Shown: in pieces, positions 48,431-57,914 of the stretch
Layout: each line of letters starts with the position of its first letter
Position numbering within the stretch: the stretch's first letter is position 1
Sequence record: PP856017.1
Length of the DNA: 64,000 nucleotides
Strand: one strand, 5' to 3'
Position numbers and translations under genes: made by a program
Notes under the pieces: generated by a model
What the model was told of the DNA's origin: nothing
What the model saw: the letters and a program-made list of their open reading frames with translations, nothing else
Database searches by the model: none

Positions 48431-48471
48431 TACTACTGGATCCCAAGCGGGATCCAGTAGTACCTTATGCC
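48431..48471. terminator. 14-bp hairpin followed by TATGCC
   Basis: tactactggatccc/gggatccagtagta between convergent genes. Confidence 0.75.
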
Positions 48472-48474
48472 GTC

Positions 48475-48950
48475 TTATCGACGGTAGTAGCGGTCACGCC
48501 GATCGTAGCGATCGTCACGATCGTAGTCACGGTCATCACGACGACCGCGATCGCGGATGTCACGAATTCCACGACGACGATCATCGCGGTCATCACGATC
48601 ATCCCGATCATAACGCCCACGACGACGACCACGATACGATTCACGTTCTTCATCGCGCAGTGCATCACGCAATGCCGGATTGTCTTCGAAGACGTCTCCA
48701 GTACGCTCACGTTCACGACGACGTTCGTCACGATCATAATCCCGATCGTCACGGTCCCGATCCCTACGACGGTCATCGCGATCGTAGTCACGATCACGGC
48801 CACGACGATCATCATAGTCACGCTCGCGTCGACGCTCGTCGCGTTCACGCCGTTCTTCTTCACGGCGCTCACGTTCAAGAGCTTCTTCACGAGCACGCAA
48901 CTCACGCTCACGCGCTTCGAGTTCACGACGTTCACGTTCTGCTGCACTGC
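48475..48950 (-). repeat. low-complexity RD/RE/DY coding repeats
   Basis: Imperfect repeats such as RDYDRDD and RRRERER in the protein tail. Confidence 0.8.
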
Positions 48951-50097
48951 GGGCTTCACGTTCGCTCGTTACTGCCCGATCAGAACCGGAAGCCTCGCGG
49001 GTTCGGTCGGGCATCGCTTTTCCCAGGCTTTCTCCAGTGGACTTCGCTGCCGGAGCACCGAGGACCATCCGACCACGAGGAGCTTGAGATTGGCTCGAAG
49101 ATGCAGGAGCGCCGAGCACCGGACGTTCTTGACGAACTTCCGAAGCACGACCCATGTCGCGTTCAGGACGACGATCGGTTTCCTTTTCGCGATCCATTTC
49201 TTCGCCATCTTCATTGGCGTTGAGTGCAGGAATCGTGCGAGCCAGACGTTCGACCATGTCCTTGCTGTCGAAGATTTCCTTCCACATCCCGATTTCTTCC
49301 GGGAACTGGAGGATTTCCGGCAGATCGACTTTGTCCATATAGGGCGCAGCCGTTTCCACGAGAGCATCGACGACATTCAGAGTGACACGAACGAGTGACT
49401 CGATGAACGGAGCACTGCGGCTGTTCACGCCGACGTTGAAGAATTCCGAATCGGCTTGCAGTTCCGGGAAGATGAACTCGTACAACTTGATGAGCATTTC
49501 CCGGTTCTTGTTCGACAACTTCACACCGTTGACCGGTTCCTTGTCCGGGTTCTTCAGTGCTTCATAGATCGGAAACGTCACAAGGCCGGCGCGACCATAC
49601 GTCACTCCCTTCACGATGCCGCCGCGGCGGATGAAGATGTTGATGAACATGTCCGCGTTGTTGCGCGACTTCGTGTTCTTCTGCAGAGATTCGAAGTCCT
49701 TCACCAGAGTTGCATCGCACTTCGACAGTGCGTTGAGTACCTGGGCTTGTTCGGTGCTCAGGTTCTTCTGGTTGTCCTGATCGTACGCGATCGCAATGAG
49801 CTCCTTCATCAGGTAAGCGATCGACGTGTTCAGGCGCTGAACGAACTGGTCCCGCAGACTGGCCACCATGTCACTGATACCCAGATTGAATGCTTCGCGC
49901 AGCGGATGGAAGCCGACGCGATTGTCCCAGTTCTTGTTCTTCATCTGCTCACGAGTGGGCAGAATTACACGCTTGCCATTGATCGTGGCAGGCATGAGTT
50001 GATCCCCGAGCTTGACCGAAACGTTGCCGTCTTCGTCAGCCACCATCCAGCCCAGCTCAAGCAGAATCTTGTAATAATCGATAATTTTATCACGCAT
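48475..50097 (-). CDS. gp70-like nucleus-block protein with long Arg/Asp/Glu mixed-charge tail
   Basis: 540 aa, directly downstream of picA. Confidence 0.75.
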   Translation of the reverse strand: MRDKIIDYYKILLELGWMVADEDGNVSVKLGDQLMPATINGKRVILPTREQMKNKNWDNRVGFHPLREAFNLGISDMVASLRDQFVQRLNTSIAYLMKELIAIAYDQDNQKNLSTEQAQVLNALSKCDATLVKDFESLQKNTKSRNNADMFINIFIRRGGIVKGVTYGRAGLVTFPIYEALKNPDKEPVNGVKLSNKNREMLIKLYEFIFPELQADSEFFNVGVNSRSAPFIESLVRVTLNVVDALVETAAPYMDKVDLPEILQFPEEIGMWKEIFDSKDMVERLARTIPALNANEDGEEMDREKETDRRPERDMGRASEVRQERPVLGAPASSSQSQAPRGRMVLGAPAAKSTGESLGKAMPDRTREASGSDRAVTSEREARSAAERERRELEARERELRAREEALERERREEERRERDERRRERDYDDRRGRDRDYDRDDRRRDRDRDDRDYDRDERRRERERTGDVFEDNPALRDALRDEERESYRGRRRGRYDRDDRDDRDDRRRGIRDIRDRGRRDDRDYDRDDRYDRRDRYYRR

Positions 50098-50110
50098 TTT
50101 TTAATTTACC

Positions 50111-51562
50111 TCAATAGCTGAAGCCGCGGCCCGGTTGGTTCGCACCAAGACCTGTTGTGGAAAGAATTTCATCGAACAGGTCGTTGAACTGACGAGTCGT
50201 ATGGCGAACGTCTGCACGATCATCAGTGACGATCGGCGACATGAGGGAATTGCAGAAGCACGGGAACACATAGCGTCCCATGTCTCGCCCGTCGAAGAAC
50301 AACGTGAAGTCCACTTCCCCGAATACGCGGCACTTCACTTGCAAGCCGATGTCGAACCGATCATCGGCAGTCATCGGATACAACAGTTCGTCGATCAGAC
50401 GCTCTTCGAATTGATCCACGAACCAGGACAGATCCACATCCTTCACGAACGACTTGGCATCCGTCGGAACGAACACAAAGCCGCCATCCGGCGACTGATT
50501 GTGAACCTGGAAGTTGATCGCATGCAAGCCCGTTTCCATCATCAGTGCAGGAACTGCGATCTGTACCAACGACGCCAGCTGATCTTCACGCTCTTGACCA
50601 TCGGTCGGGTTGGAATCCCGATCGTACATCGTCAGTTCACGAGACATTTCATCGAACAGCTTGGTTTCGGTCCGGCGTTCTGCTTCCGGATCGAGCTTGA
50701 GCAGATCGTCGAAGATGAAGGTGTCGACAGTCGTGCTGGTCCCACGAATGTTCGACATCGCGCGCAGGAACAGATCGTCGGAAGTATAGGACTCCTGCAC
50801 GTAGCCCTGAGCCGTCGCATTGACGTCCAACACCGAGTTGTTATACTCCATGTTGTCGATTGCCTTACGGCGCGCATCGAGAACCCGCGACATGTAACGC
50901 GAGCCGATACGATTGGAGGTTGTCGACTTCACGGCGTTCTTCGACAGAGTCGTACGCAGATCCGTTACGTCTTCCACCAACTGCATCGTTTCTTCAGCAT
51001 CGAGTGCCGAATAGACGTCTTCCGGGCGCATCGTGTACAGCTTGTTGCCACGCTTGCGCAGGCCCGCATTGTCGCGATCCGACAGAACGTCGTTCGAATG
51101 GCTCGGCATGAACACCGAACGATAGCCACCACGACCATTCGGGATCTGACGTTCTTGAAGCATGAACGTATTGTTGACATAGAACTCCATGTCATGATCC
51201 ACGTTACGAGTGGTGAAGCCGACCGAGTTGGTATAACCCATCACGACCTGCTTCATGCGATCGCCCGTGCCGATCTGGATTTCCAGAGTCAGAATGAAAC
51301 GACCACGACGCTCGGACCAGCCCGACGGCACTTCGATAACGCCGCGCGGGTGCATGTCCGGCACCATGAATTGTCCAGCGATTTCGGCGAGCAATGACGG
51401 CGTGAAACGACGGGACTTCTGGAAACGCTCATCGATACGATCCAGCAAATCCCCACGCAGTTCCGGTTTGTACGGACGAAGAACCTGATCATGATACGTG
51501 CCGGATTCAACGATAACCAGTTCTTCAACGTAAATCTTGATGTCTTGACGACCTTGACGCAT
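50111..51562 (-). CDS. picA: phage-nucleus protein import factor PicA/Imp1 (gp69-like)
   Basis: 483 aa immediately after the gp68-like gene; ESGTYHDQVLRPY, GWSERRGRFIL, YVNN and RPEDV motifs. Confidence 0.78.
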   Translation of the reverse strand: MRQGRQDIKIYVEELVIVESGTYHDQVLRPYKPELRGDLLDRIDERFQKSRRFTPSLLAEIAGQFMVPDMHPRGVIEVPSGWSERRGRFILTLEIQIGTGDRMKQVVMGYTNSVGFTTRNVDHDMEFYVNNTFMLQERQIPNGRGGYRSVFMPSHSNDVLSDRDNAGLRKRGNKLYTMRPEDVYSALDAEETMQLVEDVTDLRTTLSKNAVKSTTSNRIGSRYMSRVLDARRKAIDNMEYNNSVLDVNATAQGYVQESYTSDDLFLRAMSNIRGTSTTVDTFIFDDLLKLDPEAERRTETKLFDEMSRELTMYDRDSNPTDGQEREDQLASLVQIAVPALMMETGLHAINFQVHNQSPDGGFVFVPTDAKSFVKDVDLSWFVDQFEERLIDELLYPMTADDRFDIGLQVKCRVFGEVDFTLFFDGRDMGRYVFPCFCNSLMSPIVTDDRADVRHTTRQFNDLFDEILSTTGLGANQPGRGFSY

Positions 51563-51579
51563 TGCTATAGCCCTCTATT

Positions 51580-53145
51580 TTAAAAAGTGTACAAGGAGAT
51601 GAATTCTGCATTTCTCATCTGTACGTATATGGCGTAATCAGCCAGCCTGATCCGAATGTCGTACCCCACTCGGTATGTTTTGTTTGCAGCGCTTCCGCGA
51701 AGCTCTGCGATTTGCTCCTCAGTCAGATTCAGAAACCACGTGTGATCGGACAGCATCTGTGCCAGATCCATGATTTCATTCACTGCATCGTTGTTGGGTT
51801 TCACCGTCTTCTTCGTCGGATGACGACGGTAATACGGATAAAGCTCGTTAAGCCGATCGATCTTGTCTTTCGGAATATGCGCACGAGACTCGGAACTGTA
51901 CGAGCCATAGCCTTCTGCATTCATGCTTCGTGCAGTCGGAATGCCCGCGAGATCCTTGAATCCCGTATTCCACAGGACGTACTGTGCGATGGCGGCCAGC
52001 CGCAAGATGCTGGACTTGTTGATGTCCCACATCGAACGCGCCGTGACGATCGGATTGACCACCCACTGAATCATGCGGATCTGACATTCTTCGAGCGTGT
52101 GACTGCTCATCAGTTCTGCCGAATCGAGTGCTCGGTCGAGATCAACGATCTCTTCAGGCGTGAGCTCATTCTTGAGCAACAGTCGCGCCGTAATTTCCCG
52201 ATAGTACTCCGTCCACTTTTCAATCGCAGTAAACTCGCCCGGCGGTACGAGCGGTTTGTTCTTGTACTTCTCAGCACGCGACGAAGAGTCTTCCGACGAA
52301 TCATCTTCGTTCGGATTGATCTTTTCGAGAATCGCATTTTGATGACTTTCATTCTGCGAGAGTCGGTTGCGAAGCGCTTTGTGGATGATCTGCACCAGAT
52401 GCGTATCCGACGGATGACGCGTAAAGCTTGCGATCACCAGCGCACGAACGAGAATGTTCGCCACCAGGTTCGTCTGGAACACATCGGAGCCGATACCATC
52501 GATCGACGAACGAATGTTGATGTCGTCCTGCTTGACGTTCTTTGCCACATAGTGACTCAAACGCTGCATTGCCGGAGACTCTTCGATCGACGACTTCGAG
52601 ATCGTGAAATACGTATTCAGATCCCGGAACGTCGGGCCGGATTCTTTCTTGGTAATCTCGGAGAACTCGCCCCAGATCGGCGCAATCGAGCGCAGTTTGA
52701 TCACCATGAATACGAGTTCCCAATAGTCGGCGACCAGATACGTCTGTTCGCGGCTACCCGGTTTCTCGTGCGTAAACTTGTACTCCACATCCAGGTCCTC
52801 AGGGATCCAGATGCCTCCGTGAAATCGAGTCCACCGCTCGAAGTCTTCCGTATCGTGGAGATTGATGATCTCGTTGATGATCGGCCGCAATTGGAGAATC
52901 AGCGGATTGACATTGAACGTCTCGTTGAAGATGTTCTTTGCCTGGCGATACAGATCGAAGATTTTGTCCTGAACATCCAGGTCGATCCGGGACCAGTACT
53001 TATTGATTTGCTGAAACGGTTCGTACGTTCCTTTCTTGAATGCTTGACCATAAACCGATCCGCTGAACTCCAGTGTCTCACCACGGTGTTCAACCAGGAT
53101 CATTCCATTACCCGCGACGCCAGCGTGTTGGAATTTTGCTTGCAT
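51580..53145 (-). CDS. nvRNAP promoter-specificity subunit (gp68-like)
   Basis: 521 aa; position between chmC and picA; PIWGEF motif. Confidence 0.78.
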   Translation of the reverse strand: MQAKFQHAGVAGNGMILVEHRGETLEFSGSVYGQAFKKGTYEPFQQINKYWSRIDLDVQDKIFDLYRQAKNIFNETFNVNPLILQLRPIINEIINLHDTEDFERWTRFHGGIWIPEDLDVEYKFTHEKPGSREQTYLVADYWELVFMVIKLRSIAPIWGEFSEITKKESGPTFRDLNTYFTISKSSIEESPAMQRLSHYVAKNVKQDDINIRSSIDGIGSDVFQTNLVANILVRALVIASFTRHPSDTHLVQIIHKALRNRLSQNESHQNAILEKINPNEDDSSEDSSSRAEKYKNKPLVPPGEFTAIEKWTEYYREITARLLLKNELTPEEIVDLDRALDSAELMSSHTLEECQIRMIQWVVNPIVTARSMWDINKSSILRLAAIAQYVLWNTGFKDLAGIPTARSMNAEGYGSYSSESRAHIPKDKIDRLNELYPYYRRHPTKKTVKPNNDAVNEIMDLAQMLSDHTWFLNLTEEQIAELRGSAANKTYRVGYDIRIRLADYAIYVQMRNAEFISLYTF

Positions 53146-53184
53146 CGAGACTCCTTTTTAAAAATCTGTAGGCATTACTTTGCA

Positions 53185-53193
53185 ATGATATAT
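53185..53193 (-). promoter_or_regulatory. early-type motif ATATATCAT
   Basis: 40 nt upstream of the gp68-like start. Confidence 0.5.
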
Positions 53194-53222
53194 GTTTGTG
53201 TTTTTTTATAAACAGGGTTTAC

Positions 53223-53250
53223 CACTGAGGAGGCCGAAGCCTCCTCAGTG
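53223..53250 (-). terminator. 12-bp cUUCGg hairpin after chmC
   Basis: cactgaggaggc-cgaa-gcctcctcagtg. Confidence 0.75.
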
Positions 53251-53272
53251 TGTGGTTACGTTGGTCTACTAC

Positions 53273-54040
53273 TTAAAACGAAATGTCTTCGAAATCGGAA
53301 CCCCCGCCACCGGAGAAGCCGCCACCCGAAGAATCGGAATCGTCGCTGTCGTTGCCCCAACCACCACCGCCGCTGCTACCGCGATTGTTGTTGCCACCGC
53401 CCTTGTTCCAGTTCCCACCACCACCACGGTTACCACCGTAGCCACCACCACCGCCCGGTTGCTTCGGTTCCGGATGCTTGTACGTGATGACCGACACCTG
53501 CGTCATGATGCGTGTGACGAGGTTGTACAGACCACGCGCAACCAGCACGGACGTTTCTGCTTCGGACAGCCGTTCGCCGTTGCGTGCCAGATGATGCCAG
53601 TACGTCGGCGCGAACGGGAAGTAGATCTTCGGCCGACTGGAGTTTTCCAGGTCTTCGACCATGATGTACACGACGCCGCCGGGGTTCTTGCCGACTTCGA
53701 CACGTGCCACGTCTGCTTTCTTCTTGTCCTGACCGCGCGGGGACTGGCAGAAGCTTTCGAGCTTGATCGGCTCTTTCGAGTCGGTCACGGCCTTCAGCTG
53801 TTCCATCAGAACCTGGAAGTCGAGGATGCCGAACTTCGCCTGAATGCGGCCGAAGTTGTTGTCTTTGTCGGCGGGGTCACGAGTGTACACCGTGATGCCG
53901 GGGTTGTCGTTGTTTGCGTAGAAATGCAGTTCCGAGAAACCCTTTACGCCCTTGACGGGACAAGGAACGGAAAGCACGATACGCTTCGAATCGAGCAGGT
54001 TTTTGTCCCGAGGTTTCGGGGTGAATTTGCCTTCTGCCAT
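53273..54040 (-). CDS. chmC: nucleus-associated RNA-binding protein ChmC (gp67-like)
   Basis: 255 aa directly upstream of the gp68-like gene; folded domain plus Gly/Asn/Ser-rich tail with acidic tip. Confidence 0.7.
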   Translation of the reverse strand: MAEGKFTPKPRDKNLLDSKRIVLSVPCPVKGVKGFSELHFYANNDNPGITVYTRDPADKDNNFGRIQAKFGILDFQVLMEQLKAVTDSKEPIKLESFCQSPRGQDKKKADVARVEVGKNPGGVVYIMVEDLENSSRPKIYFPFAPTYWHHLARNGERLSEAETSVLVARGLYNLVTRIMTQVSVITYKHPEPKQPGGGGGYGGNRGGGGNWNKGGGNNNRGSSGGGGWGNDSDDSDSSGGGFSGGGGSDFEDISF

Positions 54041-54105
54041 GGCTGCCTCAGTCTTTGAAAAAGGTTGTTGTCGGACTCCAGATCATAGATAGACCTGGTA
54101 AAACT

Positions 54106-54942
54106 TTACATCATGTCCTTCACTGTCGCAGTGAAGAACGGATTTTTAAGCTGGTCCAGGTTCATCCGGACACGAGCGTCTGTTGTCAAAGCACTCCAGC
54201 CATACTTTGTTCCCAACTCGACAAGGGCTTTGCGCAGCGCGCTATCCATCGGCGAGAAGAACTCTTTTTCGCCAAATATCCGAGCGAAGTATTGGGTGAA
54301 GGGAATCATCGAAAGATCTTTTCCGTTGTTTAACTTCGTGTACCACAACGAACGATTCTTGATGGCACCCGTATGCGATTCGATCAGGTCCAGTTCCTCG
54401 AAGGATTTATAGGACAACAGATCCCACGCAATGTGTGTTTGGATCAGAAAGTTTCCATCTTTCTTCTCCGGAGCGATATCGGTATCGAACCCTTTAACAT
54501 AGTCCTTACCCACATCCGCCAGAAATTGCTTGATGGAATTTTCCATACGGTCACGCTCTTCCACCTGCTTCGGAGTTGAATCCGATTTAAAGATGGAGTG
54601 ATGGCGATAGCGCGTATAGATGGATTTGTAATTGCAGAGGTACAAGGTCGGATCGATCTTGGTATCTGCGAGAACACGCTTTACTGCTTCCCATTCGTCA
54701 TGCATGAGTTCTGCAATGACCATGGGCTTCAACATACTGTTAATGTCGGCCGAGAAAGAACCGACGATGTTGCGGTAAAGCGTACGGGCATTCAGCCAGT
54801 AATGATCATACTTCAGGTGAGGTGACTCATCCCACTTACGTTCCGGATGAATGTTCATCAGGGATTCGAGAGCAAGAGAAGTCGGCACATTCACCGGATA
54901 CTGGCCACGCGCCATCTTCTCAGTGAATGTGAAGACGTTCAT
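54106..54942 (-). CDS. conserved core protein (gp66-like), possibly nuclease-fold
   Basis: 278 aa; WLNARTLYRN motif; synteny. Confidence 0.6.
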   Translation of the reverse strand: MNVFTFTEKMARGQYPVNVPTSLALESLMNIHPERKWDESPHLKYDHYWLNARTLYRNIVGSFSADINSMLKPMVIAELMHDEWEAVKRVLADTKIDPTLYLCNYKSIYTRYRHHSIFKSDSTPKQVEERDRMENSIKQFLADVGKDYVKGFDTDIAPEKKDGNFLIQTHIAWDLLSYKSFEELDLIESHTGAIKNRSLWYTKLNNGKDLSMIPFTQYFARIFGEKEFFSPMDSALRKALVELGTKYGWSALTTDARVRMNLDQLKNPFFTATVKDMM

Positions 54943-55130
54943 GTTCTTTTCTTATTCCATGCCGCAACATATTTAAAGAAGAAAAGCGGATCGTCGATGC
55001 ATTTCTGGACGATCAGCATCTGCATCTGCCGTCTTATCGCCAACATGGATTCCGGTGTTCCATAGGGCGACCCAAATGACACGCCCGGCTGGGGAATCAC
55101 AACCGGAAGAGAACGATCCAGATTGATCAT
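54939..55130 (-). CDS. small hypothetical protein (63 aa)
   Basis: ATGA overlaps with both neighbours. Confidence 0.55.
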   Translation of the reverse strand: MINLDRSLPVVIPQPGVSFGSPYGTPESMLAIRRQMQMLIVQKCIDDPLFFFKYVAAWNKKRT

Positions 55131-55612
55131 GCCATCACCACAATGCTGTTGATCCAGTCTTTGATGAAGCGATATTCGCCTTGGGTGACGTCAGTCGGGA
55201 AAGTCTGAAGACGACGAACTGGCGTTCCATTGAATACCCGATGCGCGAAATGCGGAACAGTCGGATCGCCAAACGGCATCTCATCGCTGACGTCCCGAGG
55301 AATCGTGCCCTTCAACCAGAAGCGGGGAATTCCTTCAGGCGGCCTCGGATACTTGCGAATCAGACCTTCGAGCATCTTCACCTGATAGAAATTGGTGAAG
55401 AACTTCGTCATGTCGCCGAACGACAGCGACTTGCCGACGTTACTCGGCTGGACCAGAACACCTGCTCTTGCCCACGAAGCAGCTGCATCTTTCTCGATGA
55501 AATGGCCGTTAGGCAGCCACTCGACATCGGTAACTGGCTGAGGTTCTGCCTTAGGCAACGGTTCGTGACCGTTGCGTTTAAACTGGTTGATGTGTGCGAA
55601 GTTCTTTTTCAT
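55127..55612 (-). CDS. hypothetical protein (161 aa)
   Basis: GAGGT RBS, coupled in the operon. Confidence 0.6.
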   Translation of the reverse strand: MKKNFAHINQFKRNGHEPLPKAEPQPVTDVEWLPNGHFIEKDAAASWARAGVLVQPSNVGKSLSFGDMTKFFTNFYQVKMLEGLIRKYPRPPEGIPRFWLKGTIPRDVSDEMPFGDPTVPHFAHRVFNGTPVRRLQTFPTDVTQGEYRFIKDWINSIVVMA

Positions 55613-55618
55613 ACTACC

Positions 55619-56815
55619 TCACATAACGGATGTCATCAGTTCGTCAAAGTACTCACGCTCAGCATCATTGTTAAGCGTAATCCCAAGACGTTCCATGATG
55701 ATTGTTTTAATGTTCGACGAATCAATCGTGAACGGCACGTAATCAGACTCGTCGGTTGTTTCTAACACAGTCGTCGTATCGACCTCATCTTCATCCAGAA
55801 CTTTCTTCGAGAAATGAATGAAGGGGTACTTCGACTGGTACGAATCTATCGCAGCCAGAACAGGATGTCCACGACGAGCAGCAAGCCTAAGGTGACTGTG
55901 AGGGCGCAGAGAATCACAGGTATCCAATACCTGTTTGTTCGCCACATCAAGATCCTCATCAATCTCCAGCGTTTTGAAAACCATTGCATGTTCGTTAACC
56001 TGGAACGTAGCAGTAAAGTTCCCGTCACGATTAACTACTGCATGTACAAACCCTTTAGGAGTTTCCATGCCATGACGTTGACGATCGGGTGAACCCTGAA
56101 TGATGATTCGTCCCTTCTGCTGAAATTCATGGTCATGACCAGTAAAGGTCAAGTAGCGCACTAATTTCAGATACGATTCCGAATCGTGGAATCGTGAATG
56201 CCGACCAACCGGCACCTGGAATTCAAAGAAGCCGTGAACAAGACCAAAGTCCACTTTCTCAAGTGCACGGGCTTCCATCATGTCTAGGACTTGTCGATAC
56301 GTGACCTCGTCCGACGTATTCTTTTCGTCAGGAATACAGAGAAGATGAACGTCGTACTTCTCGATGTACTCGATTGATACTTCCTTCACATAACGCAGTT
56401 CACATTTGTCAGCGGGTTCCGCAGCGTCATTAATTGCGACAAACAGATGTGATTGCAGTCGGTCATGTGAGGGTGTCCCTTCCAGAACAACGACCGTGGT
56501 ATCCGTACGAGCGCAGCGCGCCAGCAGTCTACGGATCCACGATACGATAAACGGTACATCCCGATGATTAACCGGGAGACCTCGATCAAACACGTCACCC
56601 ACGATGAAGAGAATATCGATCCCTTTCAGAAAGTCGTAGGTCAGCATTGCATCGAGGCCTTTGACCATGAACTCGGCAGGATTGGACGCGCATCCCAGAT
56701 GAATGTCCGAGATGCTGGCAACCTTAATCTGTGTCCAGTTCGTAGTCGCTGACGTCTGCAGAGTTTCCACTGCTTGCGCCACCGAGGTCGACAACTTTGT
56801 TTTTGTTGGGGTCAT
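55619..56815 (-). CDS. SbcD/Mre11-like metallophosphoesterase nuclease
   Basis: SDIHLG, VGDVFDR, EGTPSHD, HG, GHDH. Confidence 0.88.
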   Translation of the reverse strand: MTPTKTKLSTSVAQAVETLQTSATTNWTQIKVASISDIHLGCASNPAEFMVKGLDAMLTYDFLKGIDILFIVGDVFDRGLPVNHRDVPFIVSWIRRLLARCARTDTTVVVLEGTPSHDRLQSHLFVAINDAAEPADKCELRYVKEVSIEYIEKYDVHLLCIPDEKNTSDEVTYRQVLDMMEARALEKVDFGLVHGFFEFQVPVGRHSRFHDSESYLKLVRYLTFTGHDHEFQQKGRIIIQGSPDRQRHGMETPKGFVHAVVNRDGNFTATFQVNEHAMVFKTLEIDEDLDVANKQVLDTCDSLRPHSHLRLAARRGHPVLAAIDSYQSKYPFIHFSKKVLDEDEVDTTTVLETTDESDYVPFTIDSSNIKTIIMERLGITLNNDAEREYFDELMTSVM

Positions 56816-57443
56816 TTTCGAGGAGATTTCCCAGATTCAGGATCTTGTCGCGCTTGCCATAGCGCTCGAAGATTGCATTCCAGACACGCATGTTCGCGTA
56901 GAGTTGCTCGGTCGGCTCAGCTTTGATGTGCAGACCCGAGAGTTTCTTGCTCAGGAACTGCTGGGAACCGGCCGCATCGAATTCCTTCAGACGCGAGTAA
57001 TGACGTTCGATGAGAGTCATCGATTCGCCACCGGGCTTCGATTGTTCCAGGATCGACGTATCGAACAACGGCGGAACGGTAAAGAGTGTATTGCCATTCG
57101 CATCGACGATGTCGACCGCGACCTTCTCGCCACCAGCGACCTTTTCGAGCCAGGTCGTGTAGTTCACCTGCATGGTCGGCTGGACTTCGCCTGTAAAGAG
57201 CGGCAGGAAATGTTCAACGAAGAGTTCTTCGGGGAACTTCGAGTTCATCTCGATCTGCGTCAGTTGGTTGGCGATGCCGCGGATGTCGATCCCGATACCC
57301 ATACGGCGTTGTTTCTGGAAACGCTCGAACACTTCCATTGCCTGCTTTTGCCGCGGATGCGGTTGGGCAACGTCAGTGGGTTGAGCGACTTGACGCGGAG
57401 CAGTGCGGTCAAGCTTATTGTCGAGTTCGTTCTGGCTCATCAT
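56724..57443 (-). CDS. conserved core hypothetical protein (239 aa)
   Basis: LPEELFVEHFLPLF-type motif; overlaps the SbcD start by 92 nt. Confidence 0.65.
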   Translation of the reverse strand: MMSQNELDNKLDRTAPRQVAQPTDVAQPHPRQKQAMEVFERFQKQRRMGIGIDIRGIANQLTQIEMNSKFPEELFVEHFLPLFTGEVQPTMQVNYTTWLEKVAGGEKVAVDIVDANGNTLFTVPPLFDTSILEQSKPGGESMTLIERHYSRLKEFDAAGSQQFLSKKLSGLHIKAEPTEQLYANMRVWNAIFERYGKRDKILNLGNLLENDPNKNKVVDLGGASSGNSADVSDYELDTD

Positions 57444-57853
57444 GGGCTTCCTGTTGCATCGACGTTATAGATGCGCTGGACTTGAGTGCCCAGCAATTCA
57501 ATAGCTCGCGCAATCGTGTACGGAACACCGTCTGCGACGAAGCTACATCCTATCGTAATCGTCAGTGAAGTATTATCGGAAATCCCATCCGAACCAGCCA
57601 CATTACAGTCCATTTGGACCTGATCGAACTGAGTCGAGAAGTAGTTGTTCAGATAGGAGTTGAGGTTTGACGTCAGTTCACCATTGGAACCAGCGTCGGC
57701 AATCAGTGACTGATACGAAGTCACGTTCAACTTGTCTTTGTAGAACTGCGTCTGCGACTTCTGCGTGGTGAAGAAGTGCGCTAACATGAAGTCCGCTTTT
57801 TCAAGAGGATTCGTTACAAAGCCGTTGGGAGAGAAGGTCGGTAGCACGGACAT
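57440..57853 (-). CDS. conserved core protein (137 aa)
   Basis: ATGA-coupled; natural composition. Confidence 0.65.
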   Translation of the reverse strand: MSVLPTFSPNGFVTNPLEKADFMLAHFFTTQKSQTQFYKDKLNVTSYQSLIADAGSNGELTSNLNSYLNNYFSTQFDQVQMDCNVAGSDGISDNTSLTITIGCSFVADGVPYTIARAIELLGTQVQRIYNVDATGSP

Positions 57854-57868
57854 TTTGGCACCCGCAAA

Positions 57869-57907
57869 GCAAAAAAAATAAGGCCAGGGATTTCCCCCAG
57901 CCTTATT
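57869..57907 (-). terminator. intrinsic terminator
   Basis: aataaggc..ggg / ccc..gccttatt stem with A-run. Confidence 0.6.
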
Positions 57908-57914
57908 CCGAACA

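Noticed and set aside
48475-48950. Repetitive cgatcgt/gacgac DNA as a possible CRISPR or tandem repeat array
   Set aside because: Imperfect, codon-phased repeats encoding the Arg/Asp tail; no fixed repeat-spacer period
54939-55130. KCIDDPLFFFKYV resembles a terminase N-terminal motif
   Set aside because: Only 63 aa with no ATPase motifs; too short to call a terminase fragment
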